A stretch of 62,671 nt of DNA, counting the filler, from Squatina squatina (taxonomy: Eukaryota), in assembly GCA_031763465.1 (NCBI GenBank). It is 4 parts of 4 records of this genome, joined end to end, with 100 filler letters (N's around TTAATTAATTAA, not from the genome) between each part and the next. Parts side by side here need not be neighbours in the genome. Positions count along the whole stretch, not along the records: positions 31,103 to 46,900 come from JARFOE010000046.1; positions 47,001 to 62,671 come from JARFOE010000192.1; 2 more parts are not named here. One strand, given 5' to 3'. Numbering within the stretch: the stretch's first letter is position 1; each line of letters opens with the position of its first letter. The notes below the pieces were generated by a model. That model did no database searches, was not told the DNA's origin, and saw only the letters and a list, made by a program, of their open reading frames with translations. Below, in pieces: positions 38,390-48,734 of the stretch. The translations under genes were made by a program, and so were the position numbers.

Positions 38390-40144
38390 CTATATAAATG
38401 AAGGTAAGATATACAGATATATATATCCAGATTAGGCAAAAACAATACATTTCCAAAGTCCAGTGTTGTTAAATGGAGAGATTGTTCTGTAACAATATAT
38501 TGGCAGACTTTCGAGTGTAGCCACAGAGACTACATGAATGCCAAGAGTGAATTACCAGCTAGTAATCCAATCGAGAGGATCCGATCATTCCAATACATGC
38601 TCAAGTAGTTTAAAACCATTTCATGGACCTTCAAGATCAGATTAGTGTCTGTAATTCACTGCTATCCATACAGTATTNNNNNNNNNNNNNNNNNNNNNNN
38701 NNNNNNNNNNNNNNNNNNNNNNNNNNNNNNNNNNNNNNNNNNNNNNNNNNNNNNNNNNNNNNNNNNNNNNNNNNNNNGTTAATACCCCTGGTTAACAGAA
38801 CTCTATTTACCTCAGATTTAAAATTAACGATTGACCTAGCATCAACTGCCATTTGCAGTAGAGAGTTCCAAACTTCTACCACCCTTTGCGTGTAGAAGTG
38901 TTTCCTAACTTCAGTCCTGGATACCTCCCGCCTGCCCTGACCTTCACACCCTGCAATCATGCCTGCAGGTAACCTCCAGGCATAATACCTATCTATACAG
39001 CACGAGCCCTACAATAAGATGCACTGTGTCTTATACTGTAATTAGATCAGGAGGCTATTTTGTCTTTACCTCAGCATCAAAGATTTGCCTGTAGACCTTT
39101 CCACTGGGTACAACACGAACTTCACCCATTATGGAATAGAACACTTTTTCGTCACTCAGAATGAATCAGCATCAGGCAAGGAAGCAACCTGCTTCTAAAA
39201 TGGATGGAGAGAACATCATTAAAGAGGAAACCAAATTCAGTGGCAAATATAGAGATAGCCATAGTGCTGTCAATAACAGAGAAGAATACAATACGCTAAT
39301 ATTTGTACAATTTTATATCTGCAACCTTTCCCTCCAACACCCCACCTCCATAAAAATAAGTGAAACATTAACAGCACTTTTGAAACTTTTCAGTTCAGCA
39401 TACAACCTAACTGTAATGCAGAAACGAAATACTGCGGATGCTGGAATCTAGAATACAAACAAAAAGTGCTGNNNNNNNNNNNNNNNNNNNNNNNNNNNNN
39501 NNNNNNNNNNNNNNNNNNNNNNNNNNNNNNNNNNNNNNNNNNNNNNNNNNNNNNNNNNNNNNNNNNNNNNNTTAATCCAGATCAGAATTGACAGGACTGG
39601 GAACATATTTTTAAAAACAACACATTAAAATAAAATGTTATTCCTAGCTTGGTGATAAAAGCGAAACCTATATCTGTCACCTAGATATAAAAACAATCAA
39701 GCAGTGTATTTATATATACAGTACCAGTGATTTGTCGTCTTTGGTCAAAAATGGAACCAATCTTCCCTACAGTAACTCTGAATATTACATTGCAAGCTGA
39801 TTGGTCCCTGGGACAACTGTTGTAATGTTGATGTACGTGTCAGCTTTTGTTTCTGTTGCCTGTCCCTGGCTGGCAGATGGGCTCCTGAACTTGAAAGGGT
39901 AGCAAAATACTTTTTTGGCAGACATTTGCTGTGCCTTTTCTGTCCTTTTTAGTGTGATTTTAATGGCATGATCCTAAATTCAGTACTGCAAATGTGACTT
40001 TTACAGAGACAGGCAGCTATATAAATGTGTTCAGTGCTACGTGCATAATTTTTCTTGTCTCGGGTGATATTTCCCTCGGCGAGTAAGGGACCAAAGAAAC
40101 AGTGGTAGGAAATTTATTGATGGTGTCATTTTTGTTTTCTTCAG

Positions 40145-40273
40145 GCAATCAAATCCCTTTCTAGGGTTGCTCAGAGTAAAGCTGGACTTGATGCATTGTT
40201 CATGACCGATATGCTACAAGATTTGAAAGATGTCATGGGCACCAATGATGTGGTACGATACCGAGTATATGAG
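40145..40273 (+). CDS. PSMD5: 26S proteasome assembly chaperone S5b exon (129 bp)
   Basis: ttcttcag|GCA...GAG|gtacag; encodes [43 protein letters not shown]. Confidence 0.93.
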
Positions 40274-41028
40274 GTACAGTGCACCTGAGCTCCAAAACTT
40301 TTCTCCTTTCAATAATATTTAACTTTTGGTATATTCTTTATTGCTTTTCTCAAGTCTCCGTTCCTTTGAATATATCCCCAATCATTTTGTAACCTTCAAT
40401 TACCGCCCGTGCCTATGGTATTTAACGCATTTTATTAAAAAGCGCAAGTTCTTTATGTACTTTCGTCAGCTCGCTAGTCATTTACAGTTATCTGCAGCTC
40501 CCTTTTATAGTGAGTCACACCTCAGGACTATATTTTAACCATTAAATAGATGCAGAGAGCTGTGATTCACTTGAAAGGTTTGTTTATTTTGACTTCTAAC
40601 TAGAGTTGAAACATTTCCTGAATACTGGTGAACAATTGGAAATGTTACTGAGCCCAGCAGTGTTGTGGAGATTAATTAATATCGGTAGATAGTTACTGAT
40701 TCTTAGGCAGTCCCNNNNNNNNNNNNNNNNNNNNNNNNNNNNNNNNNNNNNNNNNNNNNNNNNNNNNNNNNNNNNNNNNNNNNNNNNNNNNNNNNNNNNN
40801 NNNNNNNNNNNNNNTGCTAGAAAGTGGGTCTGGGTGGAGAATAGGATTGGTTGGACTGTGATGGCCTCTATAGTAGAATGGGCCTGTTGACGTTTATTGT
40901 TTAGGCTCGCCGCACGTGAATGGCCACTTGTTTGAACATCCAGAGGCGGGTGTCCACGGAGCATTGATCCCTGCCTTCAGGAAAGGACGGAAAAAGATGG
41001 GACAGGGGAATTCACTCCCTGTGATGGG

Positions 41029-41177
41029 CAATGTTCCCTGTAAGGCGCACGAACATGGAGCACTCTGAAGGTACCGCGCAGGCCGCTCACAAACTGGCCC
41101 CGTTGAAGATCTTGCGTGTTGCAGCAGCCGCACTGCAAATTTAAAGGTACCGCGATATTATTTAGAGGGAGCACTAA
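41029..41177. mobile_element. Short MITE-like element with CAATGTTCCCT-type TIRs
   Basis: Left caatgttccctgtaa, right ttagaggggagcact; related agagggaacatt ends at ~16531 and ~46005. Confidence 0.5.
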
Positions 41178-41375
41178 TGGTAGGTATTGCAGCTGTACTC
41201 GGCATAAAGGCAATGTTGAGAACAGTGACTGGGAATTATGAGCATGAAATTCAGTCATACCATGTATTTGAGCACTGAGTGTACATACATGTTAAAATTC
41301 TTTTACACTGTCTTGACACACTGGCGTCTGTGTACACTCCTCAGTCTGAGCTTGTATTTATTGCTTTCTTTGTAG

Positions 41376-41567
41376 ATTTAGTGAAGTTCTTTGGCAATTT
41401 GGCAATGGTTGACAGCCCTCAACAAATCTGTGAGCGTTATCCTGTCTTTATTGAAAAGGTGTTTGAGATGATTGAAGGGCAGGAGCCAACCATGATTGGA
41501 GTGGGTCTAGACACCATTGGGATTCTTGGATCATGTATTGAAGGAAAGCATGTTCTCCATAAAACAG
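41376..41567 (+). CDS. PSMD5: 26S proteasome assembly chaperone S5b exon (192 bp)
   Basis: tctttgtag|AT TTA...ACA G|gtaaat; encodes LVKFFGNLAMVDSPQQICERYPVFIEKVFEMIEGQEPTMIGVGLDTIGILGSCIEGKHVLHKT. Confidence 0.93.
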
Positions 41568-42539
41568 GTAAATAATGTTATTGCTTCAATCCCCAGCTGA
41601 ACTAAAGGTAAATAAATTAAGTATTTTTCTCTTTCAAGTTGGGCGTGAAAGGTGCTGNNNNNNNNNNNNNNNNNNNNNNNNNNNNNNNNNNNNNNNNNNN
41701 NNNNNNNNNNNNNNNNNNNNNNNNNNNNNNNNNNNNNNNNNNNNNNNNNNNNNNNNNAGGGAACCGGTAGCACCCACAACTTCGTTGCGGACTTTGACCC
41801 ACTGCAGAGATAGTGAGCCACTGTCGTTGCCAACAGTGGGGCAACACTGTTAATAGCTGCACTCCAAATAGGCTCCATGAGCAGTGGTACCCATTGTTGG
41901 GCGAGTGCAGTGGCTCAGTGATGGTCCCTTGATCTGCCTGGTGCCTTGGTTCTATTTCCAAGAGGTTTACATATTGGAGTATTTGCATGTTAGTTTTAAC
42001 AAAATAACTCACATCAATTGTAACATTTAATTTAAGGGCTTTAATGGATATTTAAATTGCTAAAGGCTTTCTGGTGATTTGGTTAATCTCCATGTGCCAA
42101 TGAAACCATTTAACTGTAAAATGAACACTCGTGCTACTGATTATTGCTTCAGGACTGACTGACTGATGTCTGTTCAGGCGAATCAGAAGCACAACCTTTT
42201 CATTGGCTCTTGTTTTAAGGCTGACTGGAAACACACCATTCCCTGGCACCTTCCAGTTCTGTTCATTCATGTCTTAAGGACTTAAAATATCTATATCTTT
42301 TTCAGGTTAAGAACTTAAAAGTATATGAAAAAAAGCTCATTCTAGTGTACACTTCTTCCATTATTTATTCACGTGTTTACAATTTCATTTTCCATAGTAA
42401 ACACAAGCAGTCTTTCCCCAGTCACATTCTTTTATTTCTCTCTGCTCTTTGCTAATTCAGAACTTGACCTTTTTCCTTTCTGATCCATCAGTAGACAACA
42501 CTGCTAATAGGTGCACTCCAAATANNNNNNNNNNCCTAT

Positions 42540-42820
42540 TATATAGCCCGACAACCCTCCTCGATCTTTGCACTCCTACAATCTGGTTTCTTGCGGATTC
42601 CTGATTTTCAACGCTTCCCCCATTGGCGGCCGTGCCTTCAGCTGCCTAGGACCCAAGCTCTGGAATCCCCTCCCTAAACCTCTTTTAAGATGCTCCATTA
42701 AAACCTACCTCTTTGACCAAGCTTTTGCTCACCTGCCCTAATAGCTCCTTTTGTGGCTCGGTGTCAAGTTTTGTTTGAGAACGCACCTGGGGACATTTAA
42801 CTACGTTAAAGACACTAAGT
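42540..42820 (+). mobile_element. L2-type LINE 3' tail
   Basis: Homologous to 9570-9850 (ttcagctgcctagg...aagctctgg..tccctc.ctaaacctc). Confidence 0.75.
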
Positions 42821-42999
42821 GGTTGTTATAACTGACTTTTGCACAAAGTAATTCTGTACAGTCTTTTGTTCATTATTTTGTAAATATCTTGGCAAATCAC
42901 TAATGTAGCAAATATAGCTGTGGACTACCAACTATGAAAGGATTTCTCTAACATAAGTTAGGTACCTTTTCTTTCCCCATTTTATGTTATGCATGTCTA

Positions 43000-43618
43000 T
43001 CAAAAAAACGATGTGCTGAGTTTATGACTTGTATGGTATGGGCCCTGGTCATTGTCTACGAGTAACGCGTTCAGTTCTTCTTTCATGCCGATGCTGAGCT
43101 TATTTCCATCTAGACTCAAATGCGTGAGTGATCGGCCAGGATTGGAGGACAAGGCTTTGCCCAGAGCCAGGCCGCCTTCATCCCCGATTTCATTCCAGTC
43201 CAGGTCTACTTTACAGAGACTTCCATTAAGACGGAGCACTTTTGCCAAGTGTTTTGCCCCCTCGTTGCCCAGCATGTTTTCGTCCAGGAGCACGTGAGAA
43301 ATGCGCGCGTTGTCTTTCAAAGTATCAAACAGCTCGCACCAGCCCGTCAAACCCACGCCTCCATTCTGGGACAATCCCAAATATTCAAGAGGTGGGTTCA
43401 GTCTGAGAAACGTGGCTACACTTTTCAACCCTTCGCTGGTCAGTTGGTTGGAACCAATGTCGAGCTCAGTTAGTTGCAGCCTCTTTTGGTGGGGGTCAGG
43501 CTGTTCATCGACCAGAATGCCAGCCCTGGTTTCTTCTGCCTTCTCAGCCTGAAAGAGGTCAATGAGCCCATTCATCAAGATGCCAACGCCTTTGTCACCC
43601 AATCCATTTCCATATAAT
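43000..43618 (-). CDS. Ribonuclease-inhibitor-type leucine-rich-repeat protein, terminal exon (205 full codons plus stop)
   Basis: ctttttcag|A TTA TAT GGA AAT; open frame to TGA; ~28-aa RI-like repeats: LYGNGLGDKG, LTELDIGSNQLTSEG, LEYLGLSQN, ISHVLLDENMLGNEG, LCKVDLDWNEIGDEG, LTHLSLDGNKL. Confidence 0.88.
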
Positions 43619-44170
43619 CTGAAAAAGTAACAATCACAGTAGTAATCTGATATGATTGAACACAAGAATTAAGGAGCAGGGGTATAGGCCATTTTGCCCC
43701 TCAAGCCTGATCCGCCATTCAGTAAGACCACAGCTGATCATCTACCTCAAGTTCACCTTCCCNNNNNNNNNNNNNNNNNNNNNNNNNNNNNNNNNNNNNN
43801 NNNNNNNNNNNNNNNNNNNNNNNNNNNNNNNNNNNNNNNNNNNNNNNNNNNNNNNNNNNNNNATATTCGAGGACACCCAGATCCCTCTGAACTGCAGCAT
43901 TCTGTAGTCTTTCTCCACTTAAATAATATTTTGCTTTTCTATTCTTACTATAACACATCCCAGTAGAGTTGCGATGATTTGAAATGTGCTGCCTGAAAGG
44001 GTGCTGGAAGCAGATTCAATCGTAATTTTCAAAAAGAAATTAGATAAGTTCTTCAACATGAAAGAATTGCTATGGGGAAAGAGAAGGGGAGTGAGACTAA
44101 TTGGACTAATTGGCGCAGGAACAATGGGCCAAGTAGCCTCATTCCCTTCTGTATGACACTATGATCCCAC

Positions 44171-44354
44171 CTGTAGCAGGGTATTCCTCCTTCAACACTG
44201 ATTACACGGAAGCAGCTTCGCTTTCCCTGTTGGAAGCCAGCGTGGTGCCTGTGCTCACAGCACCAGCTGATACGTGCAGCCACCATCCTGTTGACGTAGA
44301 TTGTAGCGCTGAACGGAAACCCAAAGTGCCGCCTTGAAGCAAACTGGAATTGTT
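44171..44354 (-). CDS. ERICH3/DUF4590-like domain exon (184 bp)
   Basis: tgtcctag|AA CAA...TAC AG|gtggga; encodes QFQFASRRHFGFPFSATIYVNRMVAARISWCCEHRHHAGFQQGKRSCFRVISVEGGIPCY; F.F.S.RH.GFPFS, CCE and PCY motifs recalled from the ERICH3 conserved domain. Confidence 0.75.
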
Positions 44355-44454
44355 CTAGGACACAGAGCAGAAGAGAGTTGAGTCAATCCACCGCTGGTCT
44401 TTCCTTTTGACTTTGCTTCGTCAAGTTTGTGCTCACCAAGATGGATGTGGAGTG

Positions 44455-44608
44455 GAACACTTTTATAGTGGTTATGTCACTGTTCTGGTAATCCAGAGGC
44501 CTGGATTAATGATCCAGAGACATGAGTTCAAAGCCCACCATGGTAGCTGGGAAATTTAAATTCCATTAATTCAATAAACCTGGAATAAAATGCTGGTATC
44601 AGTAATGG
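44455..44608 (+). mobile_element. tRNA-like SINE 5' portion
   Basis: tagtggttatgtcactg...taatccagag...gacatgagttcaaa.cccac; the same family occurs at ~29200-29375. Confidence 0.6.
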
Positions 44609-44708
44609 NNNNNNNNNNNNNNNNNNNNNNNNNNNNNNNNNNNNNNNNNNNNNNNNNNNNNNNNNNNNNNNNNNNNNNNNNNNNNNNNNNNNNNNNNNNN
44701 NNNNNNNN

Positions 44709-45623
44709 GCTACCGTGTGATGTGAGCTTGTCCAGATAGGTTAACGCTTTGCACTTGATGAGTCCATAGTATGTTTCCAGCATAGTGCAGTGTCTGCTGT
44801 CATTAGTCTCCTCCCAGGCCTTGACCAGCTCCTCGTTGGTCATCCCAAAAGAACTAAAGATGAATTTGTAGCAGCAGCGATTGAACCGAATGTGCTTCTC
44901 CCCAGAGAATTTGGAGCTGTGAATGGGCACCACGCCAGCCTTCTTGGCGCAGATTCCGACATAAACGTCTTCAGGCATTGAGGTCTCCATCGCCATGGAG
45001 ACGACGAAAACCTTCCGGGCAACATCCTGCGAGATGACAAAGGCAGTAGCGCTGCAGTAATCGGGGTAATATTTCTCTGAATACAGACTGGCAGGCACGT
45101 AGTATTTGCTCAGGGGGTCTTTGATTGGCATAACCTGGTGGTAGACCCTTCCAATGTAGAGATCTTCTGCATGCCTCTTCAAACTAAGCAAGTATTCCAT
45201 CAAACTTCTGTAATTGACAAAGGTCTCTTCATCAGACTTCAGAATAAATAAAGCCTTGGGGCAAAATGTCACAACCCAGCGCATGATCATGATGGTTTTA
45301 AGGATGACATTGTTGGACGAGTCCAAGAAGGTGCCTTGGATGATGTCCCTGTGGTTTGCAAACTCTCTGTTGATGTCCTCTTGGGTTGCCTGTGTTTGAG
45401 GGATTCCGATTGCAAATAGAGTCAAGAGTCCATAACCTTGCACTTCGCTCGTATTGGCCCAAGTCTTCCTGATTATTTCCCGCCGCGTTATGTTTTCCGC
45501 ATTGCTGGAAACGACAGCCAGAAGAAAGAGGTCACCATTGCCACAAGCCTCTGCGCTGCTGATGCGGAAGAATCTGGAGGCGTTTCTCTTGACTGGGCCC
45601 ATGTCTAGTTTTCTGGCTCTCTC
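44709..45623 (-). CDS. B3GALT9: Beta-1,3-galactosyltransferase 9 (GT31), large exon truncated by gaps at both ends
   Basis: About 305 open codons with RREIIRKTW, DIIQGTFLDS, LKTIMIMRWV..FCP, YPDYCS, EDVYVGIC and HIRFNRCCYKFIF; lies next to PSMD5. Confidence 0.9.
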
Positions 45624-46900
45624 NNNNNNNNNNNNNNNNNNNNNNNNNNNNNNNNNNNNNNNNNNNNNNNNNNNNNNNNNNNNNNNNNNNNNNNNNNNNN
45701 NNNNNNNNNNNNNNNNNNNNNNNCCTGACCTGCTGAGTTTTTCCACCATTTTTTGTTTCTATGCATTATTGAGTGAGTTTGTCAATACGAGTCTGATGTG
45801 GGAAATGGAAAGGCTGTTCGCAGCAGTGATGCAGTATTGAGGTTGGGGATGTTCTTGGGGGTCAGCTTTGTGGCCGTACGGAGGTCTGGAGGTCCTGTGC
45901 AGGCCGCTCACTGGCTTTTAAATGGGAGAAACTGCTCGTGCATAAAAATTTGAGTGGGCTGCACAGCCAGTTAATAGGACTGTACACCAAAAAAAACTAA
46001 GTCAGAGGGAACATTGCTTTGGGCACATTTTTACACTGTCTGATTTAACCTGGAACAATTTGAGGTAGTAGATGGAAATTGAAACAAATTTCCATTCCTC
46101 AACACTGGCAGTCTTTTGATTTGAATATAGAAAAAGGTCTATGCTACCTCTGACTAATATACTCAGCATTTATGTTTCCTTTTTTTTTCTCATTTGCATA
46201 TGTACTTTTGATTATTTTTTCCCAGGTCTTGCAACATGTTCGATTGCCATTGTTGAGCCCTAAATTCCTGGTTGGCACAGTTGGAACTGACTCTTTGATC
46301 AAAAGTGATGAAATGTGCAGGTAGTGTGTCTATGTATGTACATGTCCATGGTGTACTGGGCTGGGGGAGGGTGCTGTACACAAGAGAATATAAAAGCCTT
46401 TTTTTTTACACAAACTTTCTCTGCCAGTTTTCTCCCTTCCGTTCTCTCATGAAGGATTGGCTGTTTGTTTTGTGAGGCACAGTCCAATGGAATCTTGCGG
46501 AATTAATATCGGTAGACTCTTGATCATAGGTAGCAGAGCTCGATCCTCTCTCATCTGATGTTTGCATGCATTTGCAGCAAGAGCGACTGGTTAGCGATCA
46601 GAATCGGAATCCCAATCATTTATTCTCTCCACCCTAGACCCCAACCGCAAACCCCTCCCCACCCCCACCCCCCAAACCCAGATACTAAAGCCAATTGTAG
46701 CCCCGCTTCAACCACCTCAATTGAGAACTGCTGACTCTGCACAGACTGGGGATCAAACACACAGCCTTCTTGTACAAGCACTGATCTTAATGGCTTTGAT
46801 GATTTGCACATCATGCATTCTGATTTACAAACAAAAATTGCTGGAAAAACTCAGCAGGTCAGGCAGCATCTGTGGAGAGAAAAACAGAGTCAACGTTTCG

Positions 46901-47000
46901 NNNNNNNNNNNNNNNNNNNNNNNNNNNNNNNNNNNNNNNNNNNNTTAATTAATTAANNNNNNNNNNNNNNNNNNNNNNNNNNNNNNNNNNNNNNNNNNNN
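46901..47000. other. Artificial scaffold-concatenation spacer
   Basis: 44 N + TTAATTAATTAA + 44 N. Confidence 0.95.
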
Positions 47001-47269
47001 CCAGGGGAGGCGAGAGTATTGATCTGAATGTTGATAATGAAATATTGTTTCACACTTTGACTGTCAAAGGGACTATAAGTATGCTTTCACTCGAATTTAT
47101 CACAGTTAGTATTGAGGCCACATCCACTGCTAAAGCAAAGAAGCACAGTGGTAGAAATAGGCAGCTTCACCTGGATAATATAAACATCAAATCACTCCTT
47201 AAAGTGTTAACTATTGTTAGCTATATAAACCTAGAAATCACTCAGAGATATTAGCAGATGTACAGTTAT

Positions 47270-47406
47270 GGGGGTCATTTTGACTTTGTGCAATAGTCTA
47301 AAACGGGCGTTAGCGATTTGAAGCCAATGGAAATAAAAATTGTGAGAGTTGTAAAATGGGCTGCCAACCTGTTTTACATTATGGCAAAAAGTCAAAATCT
47401 TACCCC
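47270..47406. mobile_element. ~135-bp MITE with imperfect TIRs
   Basis: Left ggggtcattttgactttgtgcaata; right tatggcaaaaagtcaaaatcttacccc. Confidence 0.65.
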
Positions 47407-48614
47407 AATGTGTTCTTGATCAAGTCAGTTTGCCTGCTATTTTAACAGGGGTGTTAACCCATTTATTTTAAATGAACGTTATCGCTATTAAAGTAGCCAA
47501 ATTCTTTCATATGAATCTATAGAAATTCAGATTGCCAAAACCCACTTACAAACGTTTAACACGCTCGCATTACATTCGGATGAAGAGTCCACACCTGAAG
47601 CATTGTAACGCGCCTCTTCTCTTCACAGCTCCATCCCGGGCAGCAATGGAGTGAGGTGCTGATGCCCTGTGTCCTGTGAAGCATCAGGTGATTGCAAAGA
47701 AGGTTGGTGTTGCTGTTGGTGATCCTGGTGGGTTTAGTGATGTCGGGGTTGGGNNNNNNNNNNNNNNNNNNNNNNNNNNNNNNNNNNNNNNNNNNNNNNN
47801 NNNNNNNNNNNNNNNNNNNNNNNNNNNNNNNNNNNNNNNNNNNNNNNNNNNNNCAAAGGCAGGTAAAAGAAATTGAGATGCAGAGCAGCCATGGTCCAAC
47901 TGAATGATGGAACAGGCTCGAGGGGCTGAATGGCCTCTTCCTGTTGCTTTGTTCCGATATGTACATCAGATTTATCTTTATCTTACTTTGTAGATGCAAT
48001 TTAATCAGCTTCTTTTTTTCTCCTTTCAACTCATTGTTTCCAATTCTAACTCTTCTTCTAACTCTCTGATGGACTATTTAGCCTCTATTCTCTCTCCTGA
48101 ATCGCATTATGTAAACTCTCTTGTTCTCTACCAAGCTCAATCTTACACCTGGGACTTTATCTTGATGCAACACATTTACTTGTTTTCTACTTTCACCCAC
48201 GTTGCCTTTATTTTTTCAATTTTAGGTTTTGTAAAAACATATGCAAAATTTTCCATCTAACTTCTTTGATGTGATAAATCTACCAGACTCTGTCCTTCCC
48301 TATAGAGTTCATTCACTGTTTATAAGATCAACTTGTATCCTTTCTTTCCATTTCACTGTTATATTAATTGAGAGGTTCACTGCTTGTTCCAGCTTATCTC
48401 TCACCACACTGCCTGGAGACCAGCACAGAGACACTCAGTCATACCTTATTTGCGTGGGATGCGGAACGTGATGTTATCCTGTTCCTTGCTGATTTGTGGT
48501 AAGGTTTCTAATTTGACGGCTATTTGCACTCCCAGTCATTACCCAGACCCCTCACTTATCCCTGCTCCCCCACACAGGCCCAACCAACAGGAGATTCTCA
48601 AGCGAGATGCCTAC

Positions 48615-48734
48615 CAGCACTCCCTTTATCCAATCAAATTTCACTGCCCCACTGCTGTCTGTTGCCTGATTGACCGGCTCCCTTTCAGGTAGGCTGCCTC
48701 CTTCTCCGTTAGCAGATCCCTCATCTCGCGGTTC
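48615..48734 (-). CDS. SLC12A2: Na-K-2Cl cotransporter (NKCC1-like) exon 2 equivalent, 120 bp
   Basis: tttttttacag|GAA CCG...GTG CTG|gtaggc; phase 0-0; encodes EPRDEGSANGEGGSLPEREPVNQATDSSGAVKFDWIKGVL; exact paralogue uncertain. Confidence 0.75.
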
